Under the pieces are notes generated by a model. The model saw nothing but the letters and a program-made list of their open reading frames with translations, was not told where the DNA came from and did not search any database. A stretch of 64,000 nt of DNA from contig OX597818.1 of assembly GCA_951406725.2 (NCBI GenBank), positions 116,684,001 through 116,748,000 on the forward strand, given 5' to 3'. Both the position numbers and the translations under genes were made by a program. How positions within the stretch are numbered: position 1 is the stretch's first letter; each line of letters starts with the position of its first letter. This DNA comes from Octopus vulgaris. Its lineage: Eukaryota. Shown piece by piece: positions 35,752-48,694 of the stretch.

Positions 35752-36535
35752 GGATCTTTTCTGTTTGATAGACGGAATTTTCTAGTTAACTAAACAATTT
35801 GAAACTTCGTATACTGGTAGAATGTGTCAAAAGAAAACATTATTGTAAACAAAATTGAAAACAAAATTGTAATTCGTAACTTAAACGTAGTTTAATTTTA
35901 CGAATTTTAACCAATGAAATCGCAGCATTCGAGCTCAAATTATTTACTGCGTCTAAAAACTCACACGCACACGTCTTATTCATCTTCGTCTCTTCTTCTG
36001 TCTTCTGTCTTCTACATGTGCTAGAAATAACAGCTATATCTCTTAAATCGATGAATTTCGTCTCCCAATAAAAATATTAACGATATTTTTTGAATATTTT
36101 CTTTATTTTTTTTTACCGAAAAGACTTCTCCCATGGTTTTGAAGGGCCAGAAACAACAAAAACAAAACAATAATATGCGTAAATCGGTCTCGAGTTTGCG
36201 CGTGGAGTGTGAGTAGTATTGTAAAAATTTGCGAAATATTTTTTCATAAAAGGATGCTTCCAGCTTGTCGGTAGCTGTGATATAAATTGGGAAAAAAATC
36301 CTCGGCACCAGTGCGTAATTGGTACTTAATTTATCGACCCCGAAACGATGAAACATTAAGCCCCCCCCCCTTCTGGTTTATTTACCTTTTGTGCAAATTT
36401 GTTGCGGCAAGTGGCAAAACACGAACGTGTATGTATGCTTGTGTGCGTATGTGTGTGTATGTATATTTCCGTTTGTATGTGTGTGTACGCTTATACATTC
36501 ATTACTATGTGCTTGTGCAAATGTATATGCATGTG

Positions 36536-36573
<38 letters not shown>

Positions 36574-36855
36574 TGTGTGTGAGTGTGTCTGTGTGTGTGT
36601 GGGTCGTGCGTCTGCTATATTTCTTTATCAATATCGATAACGCAGCAATGCTGGGATTTCATTGGTTAAAATTCGAAGATGTTGGGATATCATTGGTTAA
36701 AATTCGTAAAATTAAACTACGTTTAAGTTACGAATTACAATTTTGTTTTCAATTTTGTTTACAATAATGTTTTCTTTTGACACATTCTACCAGTATACGA
36801 AGTTTCAAATTTTTTAGTTAACTAGAAAGTTCCGTCTATCAAACAGAAAAGATCC
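35752..36855. mobile_element. Non-autonomous DNA transposon with TIRs of about 170 bp and an 8-bp TSD (Merlin- or MULE-like)
   Basis: ggatcttttctgtttgatagacgg... / ...ccgtctatcaaacagaaaagatcc; TSD ggtgtttt at 35744-35751 and 36856-36863; inserted in a SINE B. Confidence 0.9.
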
Positions 36856-38117
36856 GGTGTTTTTGTTCGCTTTCCACCACCGCTTGACAACAAATGTTAA
36901 TGTGTTTGAGTCACAGTAGCTTAGCGGTGGGCTTGAAAATAAGTCCCAGCTTGAAAACTCCTAAGTACTAGGATCGAGTCATTCGATTGGAAATACTTCA
37001 GGGTCACTGCCCCTGCATGGGCGCTGTCTAATGCCTGAGATTTGTAAAAAGAAAAAAAAAAAGAAAAATGACTGACAAAAATACTTGATGATGTCATTCT
37101 ATACAAGATCACTGTAACCGAATTACGTTACCTGTAATAATACTTTCTACTCTAGGCACAAGGCTTAAAATTTGGGGGGACGGGGGCCAGTCGATTAGAA
37201 AATTTCCAGAGAAAGTTCTGTAAAAGTTACTTGCCAAAGTATTTAGAGCGTGAAAACATCTGGTCTTCCATCACTTCCTCTTCGCAAAACTTTATGGTTT
37301 TTAAAATAGCAAGTCTAATATGAGCTCTGTTTTGTTTCACGCCAATCTGGATACATTATTTTATATTTAAATATGGTCATAAAACGTTTTCACCGTATCA
37401 GAAGAGTTAATATCTTTCATTTTACGTGATTAATTACCAAATTACAGAGGTGCTACATTTTATCAGGCGGTCAATGTTTCTATAATTAAAGGCAAACAAA
37501 TTAGCCGAAATTTGTATATCATTTGTATATAATTTGTAAAGATACGAAGTTCTCATTTATCTAAATAAATAGAATTCTGACTTTGCAATCATACAAAAAA
37601 TTTAATTTAATTCTTTATTAAAAGCTTCTCAGGCATCCAAACAGAACAGAACCAAATCATGGCAATATAAGATCTAACATTCTTTTGAAATAAAACTGAA
37701 ATTCTACATCACTGATTATTGAGAAAACATCTACAATGCTCCCAGTCATGTTAAGCATTTTCTGCTGTTTATAAACAGCTAGCAATAAAAATCCATTAGT
37801 TTTGATAATGAATCACAATCTATAAAGAATGATAAGGTTATTACATGCACGCCCATATACACAAAGACTCGCTCATAATCAAAAACAGGCACGCTCACGC
37901 TAAAAGACACCTCCCGGACTTCATGTATATATATAGGGAGAGAGAAGCAATTATGTGGATAAACAGCTTATTATCCGCTCACATTGATTTGTCTTATAGC
38001 CACTCTTTACCTCGCGGAGTTCGTCCCTCGTAATGACATCGGATTTTTAGTTCGAATCTTTGAGCAATAAAAGTGCAAAGCGTTTTCTGTTTCAAGAACG
38101 TCTGGTGCATCTAGCAA

Positions 38118-38202
<85 letters not shown>

Positions 38203-38399
38203 AATGGATGAATGAATTATCCTCTGTTTACCGTTAACATGGAAAATTGAATAAACAGTTACCAGGGTAGCAAAATTCACGCAAGTAACAGAGTTGTGGC
38301 GACCTATTCAAAGGTAGAAACTCCGGGTTAATGTGCAGTAATTTGTATAGTATAAGTAAATAAATGAAGTTCAACGCAGATGCTATTCAAATTCTTTTA

Positions 38400-38485
38400 C
38401 TTTCGACATATGTTTCGAAGACAACATTGGTTTTATTCCAAAGGAATAAACTGTGTAAAATAATGCAATCTTCTCATCAGGAGAG
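38400..38485 (-). ncRNA. Type I hammerhead ribozyme with canonical core and GUC site
   Basis: Minus strand ctctc-CTGATGA-gaaga(long insert with tttattcc/ggaataaa hairpin)tcttc-GAAA-CATATG-TC-gaaag. Confidence 0.8.
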
Positions 38486-38612
38486 ACAACAACAAGACAT
38501 TATAACAATTTTGATGACTGCGTAAATGATAAACAGAACGCTATTAAGTATTTAATAAAAACCCATTAGTAGAACCGTTAGTGTATATATAAGAAAAAAT
38601 ATATATCGTGTT

Positions 38613-38722
38613 TTTAGGTGTTTTCGCTCAATAAACACACACAACGCCCGGTCTGGGAATCGAAACCGCAATCCTTCGACCGCGTGTCCGCTGCCCTAAC
38701 CACTGGGCCATTGCGCCTCCAC
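38613..38722 (-). mobile_element. SINE family C-related head
   Basis: Matches 52706-52812 and 22903-23008. Confidence 0.8.
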
Positions 38723-38944
38723 GCTTTAATCTTTACCTTGGTAAAATTGAGTCAGCAGGCCTGTTATTAAACACTCCATTTGTATCCAACAGTGGATGTG
38801 CTGAACAATAACTTGTAAGTCATATCTGAATTTTCCCACAAAAATAATTATCAGTTGAAGCATATCTGCCCTGAATAGGATACCTTATGCACGAAATGGC
38901 AAAACACAAGATCAGTGTCACCGAATTACCTTACCTGTAATAAT

Positions 38945-39572
38945 GCCTTCTATTCTAGGAACAAGTCCTGAAATTTGGGGTAGGGGGCTGGTCGATTAGA
39001 TCGACGTCAGTACACAACTAGTACGTAATTTATCGACCTCGAAAGAATGAAATGAAAAGAAAAGTTGTCAACCCCGGCGAAATTTGAACTGAGAACATAA
39101 AGACAGACGGAATACCACTAAACATTTCCTCCGGCATGCTAGCGTTTCTTATTTCTTTATTGCCCACAAGGGGCTAAGCATAAAGGGGACACACAAGGAC
39201 AGACAGAGGAATTAAGGCGATTACATCGACCCCAGTGCGTAACTGGTACTTATTTTATCGACGCCACAAGGATGAAAGGCAAAGTCGTCGACCTCGGCAG
39301 AATTTGAAGTCAGAACGTAAAGAGTCAGAGAAAATACCTATTTCTTTACTACCCACAATGGGATAAACATAGTGGGGACAAACAAGGACAAACAAACGGA
39401 TTAAGCCGATTACATCGACCCCAGTGCGTAACTGGAACTTAATTTATCGACCCCGAAAGGATAAAACGCAAAGTCGACCTCGGTGGAATTTAAACTCAGA
39501 AGGCAGCGGCGGACGAAATACCGCAACGCATTTCGCACGGCATGCTAACGTTTCTGCTAGCTCACCGCCTTA
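38945..39572 (-). mobile_element. Multimeric SINE family A (about 3 modules) within a single TSD
   Basis: ttacctgtaataat at 38931-38944 and 39576-39589. Confidence 0.85.
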
Positions 39573-39883
39573 CATTACCTGTAATAATATAATATTTTCA
39601 GATTGTTGACCGACAAGAATTGAGAATTGTGCTCAATAAGACTACATAACCTAAGCTGGAATTTTCATCACACACACCAACAAATGAGCATTTGACATGT
39701 TTAATGTATTTTTCAGGACGTGTTATACGAGTGCAATCTGTAACATATATATTCTAAGGTGAGGGTCACGAGTCGAATAAATTAATACACTCAGTTATAT
39801 GCATATGGTGCGAATTAGCAGCGGTTTCTAAATTCCATCCAAGGAAGAATTTTTTTTAATTAAGCGCACGCACACACACACAT

Positions 39884-39933
<50 letters not shown>

Positions 39934-40053
39934 ATACAAAAACTCGCTTAGGCACACACAAACACATACATTTACACAAACACGCACGCGCCGGCTTATA
40001 TAGTGAATGGATAATAACACTCAAAATTTCATGCAATTAACGGAAAAAATTAT

Positions 40054-40520
40054 AGGCGCAGGTGGGCGTGTGGTTAGAAGCTGCTTCCCAACTACATGGT
40101 TCAAGGTTCAGCCCTACTGCGTGGTACCTTACGCAAATGTCTTCAACTATAGCCTCGGGCCGGCCAAACTGAAAGAATCCGGTCGTGTGTCTGCCTTTGT
40201 GTTTGTGTCTTTCGATCACCACTGCTTAACAACCGGTGTTGGTGTGTTCATGTCTTTGTAACATAGCAGTTCTGTTTAAAAGAACAACAGAATAAAATAC
40301 TAGGCTTAAATAAAGCACTGGGGCCTACTTTTAATATAATTAACCATTTCAACAGCTAGGTGTAATACTTGCTTTAACTCAACTCCTATTGTTTTTGAAA
40401 CTAGTACCTCCCTATGTAGGAAGCAATGAGTACGTATAACATTAGGATTTGGTGTTGTACGAGCGATACAAGACGGTGTCCCAGCATGGCCGTAGTCCAA
40501 TGACTTAAACAAGTAGAAGA
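40054..40520 (+). mobile_element. SINE family B carrying an internal hAT transposase fragment of about 150 bp (40322-40470, minus strand)
   Basis: The SINE resumes at agacggtgtcccagcatggcc; the insert translates THCFLHREVLVSK..AVEMVNYIKSRP. Confidence 0.8.
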
Positions 40521-41177
40521 TACAAAAATAGAAGATAATACAAAGCAATATGCCTTAGGATGACCTTATATTAAGTTTGGAATATGTAAGAGAAGAGCAA
40601 ATCTCTTAATCATTATGGTGGGACTAACTATATTTTCTCTGTAAGTTTTTGTATATATATATATAATGGGTTATCATGAATAGACATGAAAATATCTAGA
40701 GGGATGGAGAAAAGAGAATGAACGAAATAAGTATGAAAAACAAATATAAGACAATGAATTCCGAGATATATTTGTAAAGTTTTCTATCATCAGCTGGATG
40801 TGATATATATTTAAAATTATTCACACGAACTAAGGGGCAACATATGCAGAAAGTATGCGGCTGTTAGTAAGGATGCATCATTACACATTAAAAATGAAGA
40901 ATTTCTAGCAATAAATCGTCAATAATTTATTAAAGCGAAACATTACTTTTGACTTATGACAGCAGGTGAAAATGAAAATATTTGAATATATCATACGAAA
41001 TACCTAGAAATATATAAACATATAACTCAAAATTCTCCACGTGATAATGTGTTTTGGAGTGGGTGTATAAACTGATTTTATCAGTTGGAAACTAAAGACC
41101 CAGTTTTGTGATATGGTTTACATGTTTCGATTTTTGAACTGCCACCATGCTGGAGCATCGTCCTGAAGGGTTTAGAG

Positions 41178-42935
41178 CAGTGGTCCTCAAACGTTTTTTA
41201 CTCACGTCGCACCTTACAAGAAGTTAAAATATTTTTGGCGCGTTTTGTACATAAATTCTAAAATTTATTCAAAACGGCGATTTATACCTTTTAGCATAGA
41301 CTACAAAGTAATATATAGATAATTAAAAATACGGAAAAATTGCATTAAATGTAAGACGGCGAGCTGGCAGAATCGTTAGTAGGCTGGGCGAAATGCTTAG
41401 CGTTATGTCGTCTGCCGTTACGTTCTGAGTTCAAATTCCGCCGAGGTCGACTTTTCCGTTCGGTTGATATTTTTTGGAAAGGTTTTCAATACTGGGACGG
41501 ATTTGAGAAAGACAAACCCTAGTACTTCTTCGATGCAACGGAGCCTCTCTCTTTCTTTGGATTTGATGCTATTGAGGGTTGAAAATCCCAACTCATAAAT
41601 ACGATGTGGAAAACTGCATAAAAACGGATAAAGCATTTTTTGCTACTGAGGTGTATTCTCCAAAATATATCAATAGTTAACTCAGCATACTTGATTTTAA
41701 GTCTGCAATCACTGGATATAGATGTCAGTTCCTCTTCTTCACATATTTTCAGACCAATATTAGATGAAATTTTACGAAGGGTTTCGAACCCACTCATACT
41801 CTTCTGTGTTCAATGACGGAAACTACAAGTTTATTTCTTCTTCCAGATTTGTCGAACGTTCAAATACAATTGGAGTAATTTCTTTTATACAGCTTTGAAG
41901 TATTAAGGGAAACATTTAAAAGTTACCGCCTTCAACTCAATTTTTCCAAATTACAACTTTCTTTTTAAATGAAACCAGCTTATACGTCGAAGTGAGAATA
42001 GTTTCACCTCTTCCTCGCATACTTGTATGAAAATATCCAGCTTGAAAACCAAGATTCGTATTGTAGATATTCCAAGAAGTGTTCATGTTTTTCTTCTTTG
42101 AAGAAATGCATGCAATTCCTTCTGGAGTATGCGACGTAGCACCTTACCTTTTGAGAGCCATCAGACTTTTGTGTGTAAAAGTAAGCGCTTATGCTGGGAA
42201 TCCATATCAACACAAATTTGTTCAGATAAAGAACAGTTCAAAGGCTTACTTTTAATATAATTAAACATTTCAACAACTTGGTTTAATACCTGCTTTAACT
42301 CACCTGGTATTGTTTTTGAAACTAATACCTCTCTATGTAGGAAGCAACGAGTACGTACAACATTAGGCTTTTGCTATTGTATGAGCGATGCAAAACCTTT
42401 AAGGAGCCCATCATAGATGGTGCCCCATTGGTACATATTCCAGCACATGAATTCTGGATAAATTCCATTTTTCGAGGTAAGCAGATAAAATGTCAGAAAT
42501 ATCTTGACCTCTTGTAGTGAGTGGCATTTCTTCGCAACAAAAAGAAGCGATTTATGGTTTGGCTACCACCAATAAAGCGAATAAATGTAATTGTGCTTTG
42601 TGGCTAACGTCAGTTGATTCGTCAACCTGTAGAGTAAATTCTGAGCTCTGAAGTATTTTCTGTACATTTTCCTCTATATCAGCAGATAAATCCATAATTC
42701 TCCTATGGATTGTATTATCTGAGAGCGGAATATTGCTTATTTCTTGCTTGGCTTCATCACCTAACATGGTTTTAACCACCTTTCTACAAGCAGGTAAGAT
42801 AATCGGCTAAAGTATGCGATTTCATTTGTAATGCAACCATTTCGGCTATATCAATGGACGAGATTTGAGACTTTTCAGAAGCTTTCATCCTTTTTTCAAA
42901 ATAGTTTCTTTGATAATATTGCTCTTCTAGCAGTC
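41178..42935 (-). mobile_element. Decayed hAT transposon, Buster/Charlie (ZBED8/SCAND3-like) transposase
   Basis: IPLSDNTIHRRI, FTLQVDESTDVS and YELGFSTLNSIKSKERERL motifs; terminus cagtggtcctcaaac next to gtttagag (NNNTANNN); SINE A head nested at 41358-41455. Confidence 0.9.
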
Positions 42936-43420
42936 TTCTAATATAATAAATCCGAAAACTAATTTCTGTGTGTCGGTGTGTCACACTTCGACCCCCTCTC
43001 TCACTATTCTTTGACGCTCCTACTATTGCTAAAATTGGGGTGAGAGTAATAGTAGGCATAGAGAGGGTAGTAGCTTGACGGTTGTGATGGTTAATGGGGT
43101 GATAGTAATAATATGAGCAGTAGTTGTGGTATAGGCGGAGGCGACAGTGATGATGGTGGTGGTGGTGGTGGTGGTGGTAGCTGAGCCGGTCAAGTACAGT
43201 GGTGATAGTAAGCGATGTGAGAGACAGTAGTGATGGCGGTGGTGAGGGTAGGCGGCGAAGTCAAAGGTATTGATGGTGGTGACGTCAGAAGTCTGAATGA
43301 TGTGTGTATGGCAGTCGTAGTGGTGATGGTGATGGTTGAAAACAATCTACAGAAAGAGAGAGAGACAGAGAGGTTAGACAGAAAATTAAATTGCACTGAC
43401 GCCTGAAAGGGAAGGCAAAA
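42936..43420 (+). mobile_element. Possible Helitron 5' end with GGT-rich repeats
   Basis: Begins TCTAATATAATAAAT then ..tctgtgtgtc, resembling the starts of non-autonomous Helitrons; truncates the hAT. Confidence 0.35.
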
Positions 43421-45689
43421 AGTGTTGTTTATAATGCAGCTTTGAAATAAGTTCTAAGTCATTAAATCATATTGTTTTGATGAAAATTGTGCATTGCTTG
43501 AAAATTATTGATCAAGTTTAATAAATTTTAATATGTACTCAATGCATGAAGTATCATTGTTTGACCCAAAGACCAATGAAGAGTTCTCTACAGGTGCTAT
43601 GTTTTTTTTTCACCGACATGTTCCACCACAAGTAGTGAGTTTATAAAATGACGTAACTTTTATAAATAAAATTCATTAAATGACTTCATCAAGTACGCAA
43701 ACGCCCAATTCAGTTTGAATTACACGTGTGTTAGAGAGAAATGAATAAGTTATTGTCATGGAAATGGCTTCTAATTTCTAAATTTTAATGAGAGTTTAAC
43801 AAAACTTAGAACATGGTTTGGATTTTGATTCAGAGAGTAATTATTTCATTCGAAAATTTCTATTAGAGATATTAGCTCGAAGGCTTGCTCTTTACGCTTG
43901 GTGTAACACACCTCATTAACATTACAATTAAAAATATAATAAAGCTAGTGCTGTACTGTAAGAAAAGGCTGCAAGTAATTAGAAATATTTTAATGGTAAT
44001 TGAAAATATCAGTATTAATTGGATACGTATTGGATTGTTAATCGCATTTCCCTTTAAATCAATGTTGCTCAAATATAGCATGTTCCTTATTGAGGGCACG
44101 CAATTACATTACTTTGGTTTGTGTATGCATCATTTTGCGTTGGCTGTCGAGAGTTCTTTCGTTTGTTCATTCAACATACAGCTACCGATGCATGTCTTGG
44201 GCACATCTTCAATATTGCCTCCTAGAGTCACTGGGTGTTTCAGATCCGCAGACGACTAGGTCCAAACGGCAAATCTACTGAATCCACCGATCAACTCTTT
44301 TCAGTCAGCGCCATCTGAATACTATCAGCAGCTTCGAGGTTAACCTGGTTAGCTCTTCAGCTGGCAGACCTTGGAATATGTAGTCTTTATACAGTATATA
44401 AAAGGGACCACAGCATTTCCCTACTGACATGAGTGTGTATTCTTTCTCACCACTAAGAGATCCTACCAAATCTACAAATCAGTTGATATTCCCAGTCCCC
44501 TCCTTTGAGCGCTGTACCTCATGTGCTTATGATGCAGTCAAAGATGGCGTGTTATCTCTAAACTTTCACTGTCGAGGTGTGAGTGTGTATTCAGCAGACG
44601 GTATACCTGCACAATGCCGTGATCAACAAGGAAGCTTGAACATATCATGATGATTGTGAAACCATCCCTGTTTCCTAATTCTGTTTCAGGACCTTCCAAA
44701 CCCAAAGCCGTAGCTCTGGACAGTTTTTGCAGAAATTATATTTCTTTCCACTGGGGCCTGCTTCTGAGTTAGGTCATACCTGTATGTATGTATGTGTGCA
44801 TATATGTAAGTATATATGCTTGTTTGTATGTATGTATGTATGTATGTATGTATGTATGTATGTATGTATGTATGTATGTATGTTTGTATGTATGCATGTA
44901 TGTATGTATGCATGTATGTATATATGTTTGTATGTATGTATGTATTATGTATGCATGTATATATGTATATGTATATATGTATGTATGTATGTTTGTGTAT
45001 ATATGTATGCATGTACGACAGGCTTCTTTTAGTTTCCATTTACCAAATCCCCTCACAAGGCTTTGGTTTGCCCGAGGCTGTAGCAAAAAACACTTGCACA
45101 ACGTGTCAAACAGTGGGACTGGAGTCATAACTATCTGGTTGGTAAACAAACTTCTTACCACCCAGCCATCTTATCCAGTTATTAAAGAGAAAGGATAGTC
45201 TGGGGTAGAAATGTGTGCAGAAGCATATCGTTTTTGGATATTCTGTTCACATATATTCACACAAAATATATTCGCTTCCCGCAATGCCAAAAGCCTAACT
45301 CCAGAGAAACTTCCTTCTTATAAACTGACTACTGTTTTGTTCATATATACAATTGGAGGCAGCCATAATTGGTAATGGCTGTGACGTGCGAACGTTAGCA
45401 TTTTACCTCTCTGCACTCCGTGAAGGTAACATTATATTGTATTTTCGACGTTCGTCCCATTGTGTATTTCTACAGATATATCCTTCTTTCTTGAAATAAT
45501 TTAAAGTAAGAAAATGATGTCAGAATGATACTACTACGCCACTAAACGTAAGTTTAGGGTAAAAACTTACAGGCCATGTGACAGATTCACTTGCTCATTA
45601 TGTTTTGTGTTTCCATTTAATACATATGCATACACGCAGGCCTATTCCCCATTTATTAGAAGTGGGTAGCCACAACAAGACACACATCA

Positions 45690-46465
45690 GGCATTCCATT
45701 CATTTCAAGCTCAAAGAGGCGATCCCCGTCCTATGCTCGGGTCAAAGCATAGAACGCAACCCTCAATATCAACAGCTGGTTTTGTACATCACATTCACTC
45801 ATCATATTCACTCATCCGTCCACAAACACTCTTCAAGCTTTCCTATCATTTATAAACTCCCTTGACTCTCTCAGTCCAACAACTCTAACTACCAAAGCTT
45901 TCCGCACTCTACCCATGCACACAATCGAAGTCTGCCTCTGGTCCTACTGCCTACCACTACTGGGTTCATCACCCTCCTTACCAGCCACTCCTCACCCATC
46001 CTCTGCGTGCGGCCAAACCACCTCAACGTTCGTGTGTCTATTTTGGTTGTTAGTTTTTCCCCTCAACCCTGCTCGTCTTCGCACCTCCTCATTCCCTATC
46101 CTGTCCATCTGTGTCACACCAACCATATCCCTCAAACATCTCATCTGAAACACATCTAGTCGCCTCCTTTCCGTCTCTCTCATCCCCCACGTCTCTGCAC
46201 CATATAACATTGTCTGCACAATCACACCCTCATACACACCTCTTTTAGCTTTCATATTCAACCTTTTAGCTCTCAGCTTATCTTTCACAAGTTCAACTAT
46301 CTTAATCCCATCCCTCACTATATATCCCACCTCCTCCCCTAAACCCACCATCCGCCGTCACATGTGACCCCAGATGCTTAAAAACACTCACCGCTTCTAG
46401 CATCACACCATTTATACTGACATCCATCTTGCCAGCCATTCCATCTCTCCGACATCTCATCACCT
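45690..46465 (-). mobile_element. RTE-clade LINE 3' fragment
   Basis: KAKRGVYEGVIVQTMLYGAETW..RRRLDVFQMRCLRDMVGVTQMDRIGNEEVRRRAGL. Confidence 0.9.
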
Positions 46466-46741
46466 AACCCTTAGCTACTTTCACTTTCATTTTCATTTTC
46501 ATAGCCTCGTGTAAATCTTATCTTTGACTTGTTTCTCTGACTGGACTGCGGCCATGTTGGGGCAACACCCAGAATAGAATTAATCGAACCAATCGACACA
46601 GTTACATACATTTTAAAGCCGAGTTCTTGGTCTCTCGGTCTCTTTTACTTACCCCCTAACTTATGGGGGACAAAAGAAGCCAGCATCTGTTGGCAAAGAG
46701 TGATGAGAATAAAATTCACGCACACATATTCACATGCAAAT

Positions 46742-46772
<31 letters not shown>

Positions 46773-47229
46773 GATACAAGGACAAACACAGGCATGCACA
46801 CAAAAGCACGCACACACACACACACAAGCACACACATATTGACACACAAACACACATACACACACACACGCACACATACACTCACACACATACACTCGCG
46901 CACAAGCATATATACACACAAGCACACACATATTCATACGCAAATACACACATGCACACATGCACAAACACACACAAGCACACACAAGCACATACACATA
47001 CATGCACACACAAGCACACACATAATTGGCGACATAACTACATACATAATACATTTTGAAAATCTAATATGAAACTGCTAAAGTGTATTCCGATATGTTT
47101 AAATATTTATTTAAATTCTAATTAATTCGAATATATGTGCATTTTCAACTTCATTTCTTCTATTCCTCCACCTGTTTTGATAAATAACAACTGACATATC
47201 AACTGATAAATATCAACTGACTTGATAGA

Positions 47230-47400
47230 TCGTTAGCTACTACACACATTTTTTCTCTCCTTGTTTTTTTTTCTGTAGAAGAGCGTAGGCTCGAAACGTA
47301 AAATACTTTTTCTATTCCTGAGCGCTATACTAATACATTTGTTTGTTTGTACACCACCTGCCTTCGTCTTTTGTTTATTTTCGTAAACTTTCCCTTTATA
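47230..47400 (+). mobile_element. Short repeat with hammerhead-like motif (47270-47303) ending at (TA)n
   Basis: ttt-CTGTAGA-A-gagc(gtag)gctc-GAAA-CGT-A-aaa; inverted homologue at 48210-48430. Confidence 0.65.
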
Positions 47401-47469
47401 TATATCTATATATCTATATAACTATTTATCTATCTATATATATATATATATATGCACTCACACACACAC

Positions 47470-47527
<58 letters not shown>

Positions 47528-47721
47528 GTACACTCAGAGACACACATATATACACAAGACCTATACAAAATATATACATACACCTGTATATATATAAAAA
47601 TGTAACAAAAACGCAATAGAGGACAATAAAACATTCGGACAATACGATACAAAGGCGGACAAGAGAAACAACAATTAGAAGGGCAGGCAAAATAAAGACG
47701 GGTCATTCGTGGCATTCTTTC

Positions 47722-48059
<338 letters not shown>

Positions 48060-48157
48060 CTATAAGTAATGTAGGTTCAACCTTTTTTTCTGACGTGAAT
48101 TTGCTACCCGGGTATCGGTTAACCGAATTTTCCATACTAGGATAATTCATTCACCTA

Positions 48158-48209
<52 letters not shown>

Positions 48210-48210
<1 letters not shown>

Positions 48211-48430
48211 CGGTAAGCTTTATGAAAATAGACGAAGGCAGGTTTACGGAAATAAACAAAAGACGAAGGCAGGTGGAATACAAACAAACAATTGTATTAG
48301 TATGGCACTCAGGAAATATAAATGAAACAAGTCTTTAACGTTTCGAGCCTACGCTCTTCAACAGAAAGATACACAGAGAAAAAAAACACAGAAAGAAGGA
48401 GAGAAAAAAATATATGCGTGCAAAAGCTAG
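48210..48430 (-). mobile_element. Short repeat with hammerhead-like motif (48331-48370) ending at (TA)n
   Basis: Minus strand tcttt-CTGTTGA-A-gagc(gtag)gctc-GAAA-CGT-T-aaaga. Confidence 0.65.
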
Positions 48431-48662
48431 CGAATCAACATGGCGATCTGATTTCGCCCAGAAGTCAAAGATCAAACATGAGACGCAAGAGCGAAATTAG
48501 GGGAGATAATAGGGTTGAATGACCCCCGCTCAAACATAAGAGTGTGCGTGTGTGTGTATGAGAAGAGTGTGTGTGTGTGTATGAGAGAGTATTAGTGCGT
48601 ATGAGAGGTCTAGACGTGTGTATGTATATATGATGTGATGTGTAAAGTCGTATGGTGTAGTG

Positions 48663-48694
<32 letters not shown>

